IMG/VR virus record: IMGVR_UViG_3300020442_002322
Span: 1 to 64,000 of that record
DNA: 64,000 nucleotides
Reading direction: 5' to 3' (one strand)
Source of the DNA: a virus
The translations under genes were made by a program, and so were the position numbers. Positions within the stretch are counted from its first letter, which is position 1. Every line of letters starts with the position of its first letter. The notes beneath the pieces were generated by a model. It made no database searches. It was not told the origin of the DNA and saw nothing but the letters and a program-made list of their open reading frames with translations. This document shows positions 48,557 through 59,200 of this stretch, piece by piece.

Positions 48557-51500
48557 TAGTAACCATATCCTCCGCCACTACTGCCGCTACTGCCGCTACT
48601 ACTGCTACTGCCGCTAGAACTACTGCTAGAGCTACTGCTAGAGCTACTGCTAAAACTATATCCGCCGCCTGATTGTGTTGAACTTGATAACGTAGTACTT
48701 TGTACGCCTGCATTTGCTGTAACACTTGCACTTACTACATTTCCTGATGCTTTTAGTTTACTTGCTGTTAATGAATCTATAATTTCTACATCAGCTACAG
48801 ACGCTGAACTAATAAAAATTTCATCTGATTCAGCTTTTATTTCAAACAAACTACCAAAAGTTTGGTTATCTGATTTAGGAACAATTACAACATTTACAAT
48901 ATCAGGAGTAAGTTCATTCATGATATATGTTGATAGTTCAGTAAAATAAAATGCTTCACCAAATTCCCAATTATCTAAAGTGAAAAATTGATTAATTGCA
49001 TTTATAACTCTTGTTTTAATATCGTTGTCATTGACAACCACATCTGGATTTTTAACTATTTTAAATGTTGCTTGCAATGCTTCGTCCGCTTTTGTTCCAA
49101 ATAAAGGTTTGTATTTTACAGGATGATATATTACTTCATCACTTATACTTTTAATTTTTTGTAAGTCTGCACCGTAATTATAATAAAGTTGATCTGAGCT
49201 AGGTGGTAAAGGTTTTGCAACTATATCTCCCTGCAACCATCTTCTATAGTTTATGTCATAGTTTCTTGTTAATAGATACATATCCATTAAATTTGTGCTA
49301 GAAGGATCAATTCTTGTATTGTAATCAGCATTATGCACATAATGGAATTTAATTCCTTGTCTGCCAACAAACCCTAAGTAGTCGTTTATAACTGCAATAT
49401 TCTTTTTGTCATCACTAAGTTTATAAAACAAATTAGTGTCTTTGATGTAAAAAACTTGTCCTGCTGTGTATTGGCTGTATGCTCCTATACCGCCTAACAA
49501 TTCAAATATTTTGATAGTTTCATCTGAATTGTCCATAAATTTATAATCTTCTACTCCATCACTGCTAGTAAATTTTTCTAAGAAAATAATTTTTTTCAAA
49601 CTATCTGTATCTTCAGCAACAATGTCTAAGAAACTATCTGGATTATCAACTACTCCATCATCGTCTGCATCAAAAAATCCGACTTCAACTTTTTTACTAT
49701 TGACATAACCTTCTGCATCTCTGTATTCTTTAACAATTTCAAAGTTATATCCTAATGTAAAAGGATTTGTTACATCTGGTTTGTTATTAATATTCAAAAC
49801 TTCAATTTTGTCTTTTACTACTGTACCAGATTTGTTATCATAAATTTTATCAGAGCTGTCATAGTAGAATTTGATTTCTTTATCGCTTTCAAAAACATAT
49901 CTCAATGCTCTATAGGTTATAGTATATTTCTCGCCATCTGTTTTAAAATATAATAACCAACTAGCATCTAAGTTTTGATTACTTACATCTCCTGTTTTAC
50001 CTTGACTAAATTTGCTTACTGTATCTAAATTTTGATTAGTAATTACACGCCATTCTCTTGTTGTTACGTCATAGCGTAAACCAAAAGTATTTGTTGCGAA
50101 TGCTTGATCTACAATTTGTGTTTTCACACTATCAGTGATAACATTTGCTAACTTAGGTTTTATTTCCTGTAGTATAGGTGCAGTGTCATATGCTTGTGCA
50201 GGATTAGCAGGATCAGGTATAATATCACTTAGTACTATAGGTCCAAGTCCACTGTCAGCAACTGTTGTTCCGTCTGTTACTACACTTATAACTTTTGTCC
50301 AAATATATTCACTAGCAAAAGGATGATTTGCAGGGCCACTCATCAATTTGTTTTTATCATTAGTCATAAAATGATATCCAGTAGGTGCAACAAATTTTAC
50401 TAAAGAACCTGCTTCGATATATTTTAAATTATTTGCTGTAAATGCACCAACCTTAAACTTTTCTTCACTACTATTAATAAAGTATCCAGTGCTTCTATTA
50501 GTTTCTTTAGTGCTACTAATCCATTTAGCGCCTATATCACTACCAAATATTTTATTGAAGTTTGCAAGATAGTAATTTTTAATTTTTTGATCTCTTACAA
50601 TAGGTTCTACAACATTAGTAATGGCACTTTCTATGTCAGTTTGTGTAGCAAAAGTAAAACTATCTTTCAAATCATATTGCTGTTTGTATATAACACCATC
50701 ATTGCCAAAAAGATTTGTTTTACTATATTTTCCTGTGGCATCTATTAGATCAAAATATCTTGAAATACCACTTGCAACTCTGTTTACTGTTTTTGCTTTT
50801 ACTATTTCTTGACTTATTCCTAAAGGTGCAACATTATAATCTTCAGCTGTAATCATTCTGTTTTGTGTATAGAATGATGAAGGTGCATTTCTTTTAATAT
50901 TTTCATTTGTTTCAGAAGGTGCACCGTTACTAACAGTATATTTTAAACTACAAGTTAACTTTAGTGTTTCAGGAACACCTGTTTTGCTAAGATAAGGTAT
51001 TTCAACAATTATACCGTTCATGTCATTTGGCTTAATTGTTGATAATTGATTTGCACTACTTCTATATACTGCTTTAAATCTTCCTTGCGGCAGATTACCA
51101 AAAACGCCGTCACTAAAAACTAAACTTATTCTGTCAGAAACTCTTGTTTTTACTGCATATAAGTTTCTAATGTTTTTATTCAAACTATTGTAAATTACAT
51201 TATTGCCTTCAACAGCATCTACTTTTGTCCAATATTCTACTTCTTGCCCTTGATTGTTTAATTTAAACAACCAAACATCTTTGTCGTTAATATTTGTTGC
51301 GTCAATATCTATTGCTTGATTAGTGCTAGGATTAGTTACACTAAATTGTCCTGAATCTAATGATCCTTGTTTGAATTGAACAAAAAATCCTGTATTTGTA
51401 CTTCCTGCACCTTGACCATCATTTCTATAAACAGTAGCAAAACTATTGCCAACAATAGGAATTTCTTCTATAATCTGTCCATCGTTCAAATCACTGCTTA

Positions 51501-52143
51501 CTACTTCAAATGGTAAACTTGTACCTTGTACATTTTTTGTAAAACTGTAAATTGGAATATCTGTATTAATTGCATTGAAACGATATTGTTCATTTGGTAT
51601 GCCATTTACATTTTCTTTTTTAACTGGACTTCCAAATGTACCATTATTAGGTAATGCAGAATTCATTATCTTAATAAACTGCTCATACCAATACTGGTTG
51701 CTAGGATCATTCCAAGATACTTTTTGTCTAGATAAGTTAAAATTGTTACTGTCATAGATATCTTCAGATGTTGATACAGCATCAATTTTTAATAAGCCTT
51801 GTGCGGCTTGATTACGTCTTGGATTGTAAGATAATAAACGTGCAAGGCGTAAAACACTTTCTCTACGCTCTGCTAGTTCTAAAAAATTTTCTCTAGCGTT
51901 CAAGTCAATACGGAAAGATAAGTTTTGACCAAGGAATGCAATTAGGTCAATTAATGCAAGGTATTCACTTGATTCAATATAATCGTTAAAATCCTCAGGA
52001 TAGTTTTCCCTGAGGTAATTAATCATTGTTCTACGCAAATTATCAAAGTCATAGCTTTGAAATTCTGCATTTCTGTAGCTCTGATAGATACGTTTCCAAT
52101 CTTCTGCTACTAGTAGTCTATTTTGTCTATCTGTTGATGACAT
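48556..52143 (-). CDS. gp6: Baseplate wedge protein (T4 gp6-like)
   Basis: DFDNLR..MI.YL...F.DY.ESS...LIDLIA....L.F..D..ARENFL..AERRESVLRLARLLSYNP; NGAPSET..IK..AP....QNRMITAEDY. Follows gp25. Confidence 0.75.
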   Translation of the reverse strand: MSSTDRQNRLLVAEDWKRIYQSYRNAEFQSYDFDNLRRTMINYLRENYPEDFNDYIESSEYLALIDLIAFLGQNLSFRIDLNARENFLELAERRESVLRLARLLSYNPRRNQAAQGLLKIDAVSTSEDIYDSNNFNLSRQKVSWNDPSNQYWYEQFIKIMNSALPNNGTFGSPVKKENVNGIPNEQYRFNAINTDIPIYSFTKNVQGTSLPFEVVSSDLNDGQIIEEIPIVGNSFATVYRNDGQGAGSTNTGFFVQFKQGSLDSGQFSVTNPSTNQAIDIDATNINDKDVWLFKLNNQGQEVEYWTKVDAVEGNNVIYNSLNKNIRNLYAVKTRVSDRISLVFSDGVFGNLPQGRFKAVYRSSANQLSTIKPNDMNGIIVEIPYLSKTGVPETLKLTCSLKYTVSNGAPSETNENIKRNAPSSFYTQNRMITAEDYNVAPLGISQEIVKAKTVNRVASGISRYFDLIDATGKYSKTNLFGNDGVIYKQQYDLKDSFTFATQTDIESAITNVVEPIVRDQKIKNYYLANFNKIFGSDIGAKWISSTKETNRSTGYFINSSEEKFKVGAFTANNLKYIEAGSLVKFVAPTGYHFMTNDKNKLMSGPANHPFASEYIWTKVISVVTDGTTVADSGLGPIVLSDIIPDPANPAQAYDTAPILQEIKPKLANVITDSVKTQIVDQAFATNTFGLRYDVTTREWRVITNQNLDTVSKFSQGKTGDVSNQNLDASWLLYFKTDGEKYTITYRALRYVFESDKEIKFYYDSSDKIYDNKSGTVVKDKIEVLNINNKPDVTNPFTLGYNFEIVKEYRDAEGYVNSKKVEVGFFDADDDGVVDNPDSFLDIVAEDTDSLKKIIFLEKFTSSDGVEDYKFMDNSDETIKIFELLGGIGAYSQYTAGQVFYIKDTNLFYKLSDDKKNIAVINDYLGFVGRQGIKFHYVHNADYNTRIDPSSTNLMDMYLLTRNYDINYRRWLQGDIVAKPLPPSSDQLYYNYGADLQKIKSISDEVIYHPVKYKPLFGTKADEALQATFKIVKNPDVVVNDNDIKTRVINAINQFFTLDNWEFGEAFYFTELSTYIMNELTPDIVNVVIVPKSDNQTFGSLFEIKAESDEIFISSASVADVEIIDSLTASKLKASGNVVSASVTANAGVQSTTLSSSTQSGGGYSFSSSSSSSSSSSSSGSSSSSGSSGSSGGGYGY
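48577..48651 (-). repeat. Low-complexity AGT/AGC/TCT/GGC codon repeat encoding a Ser/Gly tail on the wedge protein
   Basis: Plus strand ctactgccgctactgccgctactactgctactgccgctagaactactgctagagctactgctagagctactgc encodes SSSSSSSSSSSSGSSSSSGSSGSS. Confidence 0.9.
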
Positions 52144-52166
52144 TGCACATTCCTTATCTTACACTG

Positions 52167-52173
52167 TATTTAT
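52167..52173 (-). promoter_or_regulatory. Putative late promoter ATAAATA (second TAAGTA at 52192-52197)
   Basis: AATAAATACAGT upstream of the TAAGGA SD of the wedge gene. Confidence 0.55.
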
Positions 52174-52200
52174 TCTACTTGGAAAAGTGCGTACTTAAAT

Positions 52201-52647
52201 CTATGCAGTAAGGCCAGCGGATTGATCAAAATCTAGTTTCATCTTTTCTGAAATATTATATGGCAAATATGTAAGATCTAATTGTATTTGTATACCACTT
52301 TCATATGTGTCAACTGCAACACTGTTTACTTGGACTCTTGGGTCGTAGTTTACAATAGTTGTAACATTTTCTGCTATTGCACTTTTTAAGTCTTCTGTAA
52401 AAGGTTCGAACAAAGCGTCCCATATAATTGTGCCAAATTCAGGATTTTCTAGTTTTTCACCTTGGCGTATGTGGAAATGATTTAGTATATCCTGCTTTAT
52501 TAATGCAAGATCGTACAGTGTACCTTGCCTGTTATCTGGATCGACCGTTGATAACCCTCTGTAGGCTTTACTTGCAACTACAGGAGCATCTTGTTGAGAT
52601 GGTTTTATTGCTATACGCTTATATAAATTCTTTTCCAATGTACTCAT
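52201..52647 (-). CDS. gp25: Baseplate wedge subunit gp25-like
   Basis: DLALIKQDILNHFHIRQGEKLENPEFGT.IWDALFEP....I...V..DPRV. Confidence 0.85.
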   Translation of the reverse strand: MSTLEKNLYKRIAIKPSQQDAPVVASKAYRGLSTVDPDNRQGTLYDLALIKQDILNHFHIRQGEKLENPEFGTIIWDALFEPFTEDLKSAIAENVTTIVNYDPRVQVNSVAVDTYESGIQIQLDLTYLPYNISEKMKLDFDQSAGLTA

Positions 52648-52652
52648 ATTAG

Positions 52653-52658
52653 TATTTA
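52653..52658 (-). promoter_or_regulatory. Putative late promoter TAAATA, 5 nt before the gp25 ATG
   Basis: TAAATA ctaat ATG, no SD. Confidence 0.45.
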
Positions 52659-52928
52659 ACCTATTTTTACTGCTGTAGAACCTGCGGCTCTAGTATGACC
52701 GCATGAATCATCATCGCCTTTTCTATTTACTGGCACGCCGCCTATTTTCACAACCGAACTGCCATTTGCAGTTTTTGGACTTGCATGTGGAGGTAAGCCA
52801 TGTGCCTCAACTGGATCGCCGTCTGTTGCAACAGGTTCGCCACCTATTTTAACTGCTGTTTGTTTTGTACTAGTAATTTTAGCACCTGCATCGTTTTTAT
52901 CATTTTTTCTGTGTACATCATTTGCCAT
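52656..52928 (-). CDS. PAAR-domain spike tip protein (T4 gp5.4-like)
   Basis: VHRKND..AGA..VKIGGEPVATDGDPVEAH..PPH...ANGSSVVKIGGVPVNRKGD..SCGH..AGS.VKIG. True start is ATG 52928 (TAATG overlap), not 53006. Confidence 0.85.
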   Translation of the reverse strand: MANDVHRKNDKNDAGAKITSTKQTAVKIGGEPVATDGDPVEAHGLPPHASPKTANGSSVVKIGGVPVNRKGDDDSCGHTRAAGSTAVKIG

Positions 52929-53692
52929 TATACTGTTGTATCCGATCCTGCTACTGCGGCCGCTGTACCGTCTATAGGCACATCGTATGCAGATGGTACG
53001 CTCCAATTTCTGCGTACACTTTTAACATACTGACTTTTACTGTTAAATTGGTAATTACTTACTTTTGCATTATTACCCTGATTACCACCTAAAACTTTAA
53101 TGACTCCATTTGTTGTAATTTCTTGTATAAATCCTATATGTCCGCCTGAACGTGTTTTAGATTTAAAAATTACCACGTCCCATTTGCGAATATTTTTTGT
53201 ATCTCGCCAATCTACTTCGCCTCCCCAGCGTCCCCATCCTTGGCTTGACATTGTAGGTGTTCCTTGACCTAAAGGTATGCCTGCTGTGTATAATGCCCAG
53301 CTTACAAAAGCCGCACACCAAGCATATGCCATTGAACTGCTGTCTCTAGTATACGCATTACCACAAATTTTATAAGTTTCTAATATTCTAGGATTACCAG
53401 GATTTCCTCTTTCTCTCCAATCCTGTGTTAATACATTTGATAAAACTGCATCAAGTTTTTCCCAACCTGGATTTTCGGGTATATCTCCTGGAGTAATATT
53501 TGAATCTAGCGGAGGTAAATTTGAACTGTTAGAACCTGCATAAGATGTTGCACCTGGTCCTGTGCTAGGATAATCGCCTTCTAGGTCTAGATAATTAAAT
53601 CTTCCAGCTTCTAATAAATCATTCCATTGTTCATTATCTTGAATAAGTGAAGGACTTACAACTGGACTAAATGGTATTACTATTTGACACAT
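52928..53692 (-). CDS. TIGR02594-like NlpC/P60/CHAP peptidoglycan amidase
   Basis: E.GNPGNPRILE...AWCAAFVSWAL...DVVIF...GHIGF...VLGGNQ (Cys-His catalytic pair). Confidence 0.78.
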   Translation of the reverse strand: MCQIVIPFSPVVSPSLIQDNEQWNDLLEAGRFNYLDLEGDYPSTGPGATSYAGSNSSNLPPLDSNITPGDIPENPGWEKLDAVLSNVLTQDWRERGNPGNPRILETYKICGNAYTRDSSSMAYAWCAAFVSWALYTAGIPLGQGTPTMSSQGWGRWGGEVDWRDTKNIRKWDVVIFKSKTRSGGHIGFIQEITTNGVIKVLGGNQGNNAKVSNYQFNSKSQYVKSVRRNWSVPSAYDVPIDGTAAAVAGSDTTV

Positions 53693-53693
53693 A

Positions 53694-56282
53694 TTAAACT
53701 CCTATCGTTGGTGATCTAATCCAATCAGGATCAAACGTACCATCTGGCAAATACTTGGCCTGCAAATAACTTTGGTCTTTAGGATATCCTAAATTATAAC
53801 CGCCTTCGGTTCCTGCGATAGCCATTCTAAAGTTACCAAGTGTACCCCTACCAAAATCTTTATAACGTTCTTTTAAGTATGCCGCTGTTACTGCAACACT
53901 TTTTTCAACATCTGTAAGTAGTATTGTTGGATCGTCTACAATTTCTACACCAAATGGATTTGTGGTTGATATAAGACTATCTTTTACAAGCCCTGCAAGT
54001 TTACCATATCTTTGGTAATTTGCTTTCCCTGTCAATTGGATTAATCCTCTACCAATATATTTGCCGCCATCTCCGGGTGCTTTGTTACCCATGCCTGGAC
54101 CTATTTTACTTTGATATCCATAAACTAATTCAAAGAACAATGTTTTGTCTTTTTTGATTTCTGTAAGTTCAGCATCACTAACTGTTCTTGCCGCAGAGAA
54201 AATACTTCTAATTCTATCATTAGCAGTTCCGCCATAACCTGATTCAGTTTTTAATTGCAAGCCCGATTCTGTTTCTGCTGTAGCAATCGCGGCATAAACT
54301 TGCTGTTCGTTAAATCCTACTGCAAATAAAGCACTTGCAAATTTTCTTGAAAGTTCTTGCTTACTAATTTTGACTGCTGGCGGATCTTCTGGTATGTCAC
54401 TTGCTCCTGTAGGATCAAATCTTGCACTACCTTCTCCAACTTTTCCTGTGTCGTTATAACTGTTAGGTTGGCTTCCTGGTGTTCTAACAACTCCACCTGG
54501 ACCCCTATTGAATGTGTCAGGTGTGCTTGGTGGATATGTTTCTGGTTGTGTATTACCTGCTCTAATATTATCTGAACTATATTTTACTGGATCATAATTT
54601 TCGTGTTCAAACCAAGGTTCTTGTGAAGGAATTCTTGATGTTGTCAATGCTTGTTCTGGTGGTGTAGGATCAACTACAACTGGTGCTGGCGGAATAGTTG
54701 CCTCTTGTGGTGATTGAGGTGTTGATGGTATAATATTTTGTATGTCAATGTTACTGCCGTCTGAATACAAATATAAACTGCCACCAGCATGATTACTTAC
54801 ATTGGCATCTGATCTTAATTTTAAATCGCCAACTGCTTTTGCATGTAAAATATTTGCACTTTCTATACGTGTTGCAAGTTCACTTTTTTGATCATAGTTT
54901 CCTTCAGCAAGTATTTTAATATTGCCTAGTGTTTTTAGATCATAATCTCCGTCTGTTGTAACCTTGACATATGCACAGCCTTCTATACCAACTCCTGTTG
55001 CACTACCAAGTGCAAGATTTTCGTTGCTCATAACACTTTGTTGTGCGCCTGCAACAATGCTACCATTGTTTTGTGCATATAATACAAGATTAGCATTACT
55101 GTTAATACTACTATCTTGACCACTGTTTACACTCCATTGTGTACCACTAATCATATTAGTGCTATCAATAGAACTTGTTTTAATTTTATTTGCTACAATG
55201 TTTAAATTTGATCCTGCTGTTATATTCACATCATTATCAGCGGTAAAATTTATATCTTCTTGTGTGTGAATACTAATACTGTCTTTGGCATAAATGTCAA
55301 TTTTTCCATTTGATGTCATTTCGATCCAACTTGTACCTCTGCTATTACCGATGTATATTAGATCTTCTGTATTGTGTAAAAGTATTTGATGTCCTGTTCT
55401 GGTCTGTAGGCGCAATAACTCGTTGTGAGGCAGTGTGGGATCACCTCCTGTTTCACCTGCTTCTAAGTTAATATATTCTAAAGGTTTTTCCCAAGGCTTT
55501 CCTGTTCTTAAAAACTTATCGTCACCGTCATCCATAACAAACGATGAACCGCCTAATCTGCTTTTATACCAATTAGTTTTGTTGCCTCTAGGACCAATGT
55601 CTGCTTTTGGTGCGCCATCTCTTTTATCTAATGGTCCGGGTGTACTCCAGCCAAACACACTACTAGGAATTTCTCGTCTAGCACTAGAACTTGTTATTCC
55701 CCTTGTTTCATCTTCAATAAGGCCACGCTTGATATATCCTGCTAACAAATCTAAATGAGCTGGTTTAGGAAATGCTGTTGGTTCATTGTTTACACCTGTT
55801 GTAGTTAATTTGTTGTATTCAGCCGCAGGTGCTTTTTTATCAAAATCTTTTACTGTTGATGTTGCCGCATACCCAGGAACCATAAAGTTCATATATTCGT
55901 CTTGAATACAGCCTATCCAATAGCAGTTACTACTATTGCCTTCAGCAAAAATTACAAGTACTTTTGTTCCTGGATCAGGCGGTACTGCCCAAAATCCTGA
56001 ACTTTGTTGTGAATTTCTATAGCCTTCGTTTCTGCTACTTGCATTTACACTAGTTACATTATAAAAAGGACTTAAATATTTTGCTTCAAACAACTGTCCT
56101 GTAGTTTCTGGTTGGTTACCACTATCTGTCTGCTTTAACAATTCAACTTGCAATCTACCCATATACTGTGAGTCTAAAACATTAACTACAATAGCTTCAA
56201 AAGGTCCAGAACTTTCGACCCTCATTTTATCTTCAATAGTTCCGAATCTAGTTCTTATATCACGGTTTGGATTTCTTGCCAT
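53694..56282 (-). CDS. gp5: Baseplate spike/hub protein (gp5/VgrG-like) with C-terminal GH19-type lysozyme domain
   Basis: N-terminal OB fold (D..YMGRLQV...PPDPGTKVLVIF...YWIG), RTGHQILL..., beta-helix repeats, C-terminal ETESG...DGGKYIGRGLIQLTGKANYQRYG. Confidence 0.78.
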   Translation of the reverse strand: MARNPNRDIRTRFGTIEDKMRVESSGPFEAIVVNVLDSQYMGRLQVELLKQTDSGNQPETTGQLFEAKYLSPFYNVTSVNASSRNEGYRNSQQSSGFWAVPPDPGTKVLVIFAEGNSSNCYWIGCIQDEYMNFMVPGYAATSTVKDFDKKAPAAEYNKLTTTGVNNEPTAFPKPAHLDLLAGYIKRGLIEDETRGITSSSARREIPSSVFGWSTPGPLDKRDGAPKADIGPRGNKTNWYKSRLGGSSFVMDDGDDKFLRTGKPWEKPLEYINLEAGETGGDPTLPHNELLRLQTRTGHQILLHNTEDLIYIGNSRGTSWIEMTSNGKIDIYAKDSISIHTQEDINFTADNDVNITAGSNLNIVANKIKTSSIDSTNMISGTQWSVNSGQDSSINSNANLVLYAQNNGSIVAGAQQSVMSNENLALGSATGVGIEGCAYVKVTTDGDYDLKTLGNIKILAEGNYDQKSELATRIESANILHAKAVGDLKLRSDANVSNHAGGSLYLYSDGSNIDIQNIIPSTPQSPQEATIPPAPVVVDPTPPEQALTTSRIPSQEPWFEHENYDPVKYSSDNIRAGNTQPETYPPSTPDTFNRGPGGVVRTPGSQPNSYNDTGKVGEGSARFDPTGASDIPEDPPAVKISKQELSRKFASALFAVGFNEQQVYAAIATAETESGLQLKTESGYGGTANDRIRSIFSAARTVSDAELTEIKKDKTLFFELVYGYQSKIGPGMGNKAPGDGGKYIGRGLIQLTGKANYQRYGKLAGLVKDSLISTTNPFGVEIVDDPTILLTDVEKSVAVTAAYLKERYKDFGRGTLGNFRMAIAGTEGGYNLGYPKDQSYLQAKYLPDGTFDPDWIRSPTIGV

Positions 56283-59200
56283 TATTTTAATCTCTCATTT
56301 AATGCCCTGATTGCCGCCGCTGAATCTGTTGCCGCTTGTTCAATTGCATTAGGAATATCTACTGGTACTCTACTTAACTGATCTTGTATGTTTCCTGTTT
56401 GATTTCCGAGATATCCTAAAATATCTTGCCCGTCTAAACCTAATTGGTTTAGTGTACCTGTAAGTTTACCGTCAATGGTACTAGTTATATCTTGAATAGT
56501 TGCAGATGCACCTATCATAGATTGGAAGTCCATGCCCACTTTAACAAGATTTCCTGCATCAAGCGCCGCTTGAGCGCCTGTTAATGCGTCACTGATTCTG
56601 CCAAATGCTTCTAATGCTCTGCTGTCTAAATTTTTCTTTTGTGCCTGTATAACACTATTCAAACTATTATATCCTGGTAAAATGTCTTTTACTGCATTAA
56701 GATAACTTTCATAGTTTGCTTCTATGCCTGCTGTAGCGGCCGCTTCAGAAACTTTATTACCAAATTCAGTCACTTTATCGTTGAGTGCCTTGGTAGGATC
56801 TGTCACAGGTACAAGAGCACCAATATTAGCCTTGCCATCATTTTGATATTGATTGTTTAATCTTACCATTGAAAGAGTTTGCGTAAATTGATTACCTGAT
56901 ATTCTATGTACTACTTTAGGCACATAGTATATTCCGCTGTATTGATCTACAACAATTAAATCCTCAGGAAAAATATAACTACCATCTAACGGGTTCAAAT
57001 CAACAGGAGACCTAAACATTAAATTTATATGTACTTGGCCGTTTGTATGATTCAAGTGTCCGTCTTTATTCATGTTTGTATAACTTGTATCTTTAGCGTG
57101 ATAATTTCCAATTCCGCTATCACTAATATAAAACGGATCCCCCATTATTGTCATGTCTACTCTAATCAGACCCGCAGTATCTGAATGCATTAATCTATCA
57201 TTGAATTGCCTTGCAACACTTATTGCACTATTATCTAATCCTGCACTTTGTCCTCCAGATGACGTGCCAACTACTTCTTTGCTTTTAGAGCCATCTTCGC
57301 TGTCGGCAGTACTACTACTTCCACTACCGCCAGATGATGTCGTAAGTTGCACATCTGGAGCACCAGCTGTCATTTGATTACTTGCTCCTTGAGCAGTGTT
57401 AGCATTGTTAGATCCTCTATCAGCTACAACAGGATGAACAAAAGCGTAATCGTATCTAATTTCAAAATCTAAAATGTCTTTGTTTTTGCCTGTGTAGATA
57501 TAATTGTATTGTTTTGCTACATCACGTTTTAGTTCACTTACTCCTACACTAGGATCTTTAGGATTTGCAAATACACTATGATGAACTTTGTATGGAACTA
57601 CTCTGTAAACATAAAGTTGAGGATAATTTCCACTACGTTTTAATTCTTCATCATCTGGTATAATATAAAGATCAGGCTCTATTCTAAACCAATCAATCAT
57701 GCCTTGTGGATCTTTTAGATCTTGTAATTGGTTTAATAAGTTTCTTCCATATTCACTTGTAATAACAACTTCTTCTACTATTTCACTTATTTTTGTGCCA
57801 CCTTTAAATTTAAAAACTCTAACATCATCGCTAACTTGTAATGCACTGTCTGTTCTATTAAATATTTCATATTTGTCTTTAAATTCTTGTTTAGCGTTTG
57901 TTTCAGCATTTTCTTGTTCAGAAACAAAACTATCTAGGCTTTGTCCTTTTCTAAATGCAGGCGGATTCATAGGCTGAATACCTGCCTCTACCGGATCTCC
58001 AATAATTTTTCCGGTACCTATTTTGTTTGCACTGTAGTCACTACCTGCATATTTTTTAAACATAAATTCTATTTTTTTTGCATTGTCTGCATTATTAGCT
58101 AGGTTTGCATAATATTCACCAAATGTGCTAGGTACTTCTGCATCTTGGCTTCCTACTATACTTTGATAAAGTGCTTCCATTCCTGTTCCTGAATATATAG
58201 GTCCTGACGGATCATAGTCTGGACCGTCATATCCTACAGTAGCAGATCCTACATCCTCTCCCGATCCACCAAATGCATCTAGTCCACTATCTTGACTGCT
58301 TGTATCTGAAGGGAAAACAATTACATATTGATCAGGTGTAACAATTTGATCTTTGCCTGCAAGTTCTTGTAAACGTTTATTCATTAATTCAGTTAGACTT
58401 TCGCCTCCTGTCTGCAAAATTTCTCTAACTGTCCTACCTTTAAGTGCAAGATCCGTTTTAATTTGTGTAACGCTGTCAGTCAGTGCAGAATCGTTGTATG
58501 CAATAGCAGTCATTGTATAAGTTGTACCGCCTTCGTTAGTTGCCATTTGTCCTGTAGTTAATTTGACTGGAAGCATTCTACGTGCATATGGTACTTCTTG
58601 TTCTTCACCGTCTACATTATATCCTTTGAAATCTAGCTGAAAACAAAATGGTGCAAGAGTGTAATCTGCATAGCCGTTTTCCAATGCCGCTACTTTTAGT
58701 GCTTGAAAAAATAATCCCATGCTATATGGTTCTGAAACTGTAAAATCAAATTTTGCGGCATTAGATGTTCTACCTCTTGCGTTTGGAGCCATTGTGCTAC
58801 TAAATTCAAAATCTTCTATAAAGAATTCAACATTTGCACCTAATGCTTGTTCGATTCTTGTTTTTGTTTTTCTGTTTGCTCCGCCACCACTACGCAAAAC
58901 AACAGTTTTCAGTCCTGTTTTTCTAAATGTGTTGTTAGGATCATTTATTTCTTTAGGTGAAAGACATGCTAGTGTAATAATACAGTTAAAACTTGCAAAC
59001 GGTTCTAATTCATTTGGCCAAGGCGGTGCAGAAACTCCAGGCACTAGTGTACCTGCTTTTGTTGTAAAACTAATTGGACTAGGCTTAGCCGGTAAGTTAC
59101 TTTTTAACATTTCAGGAGACATGCTTGCAAAATTTTCACCTGGTAAATTTAATCCTGGAATGTTAGGTATGTTAATATTTGCTTCTGCCTTGAAGTCATT

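Noticed and set aside
48543-48731. 62-aa hydrophobic Ala/Val ORF resembling a membrane peptide
   Set aside because: It is an alternative-frame reading of the Ser/Gly repeat at the end of the wedge gene.
52929-53006. N-terminal extension of the PAAR ORF
   Set aside because: It overlaps the amidase gene. The TAATG-coupled ATG at 52928 gives a normal PAAR length.
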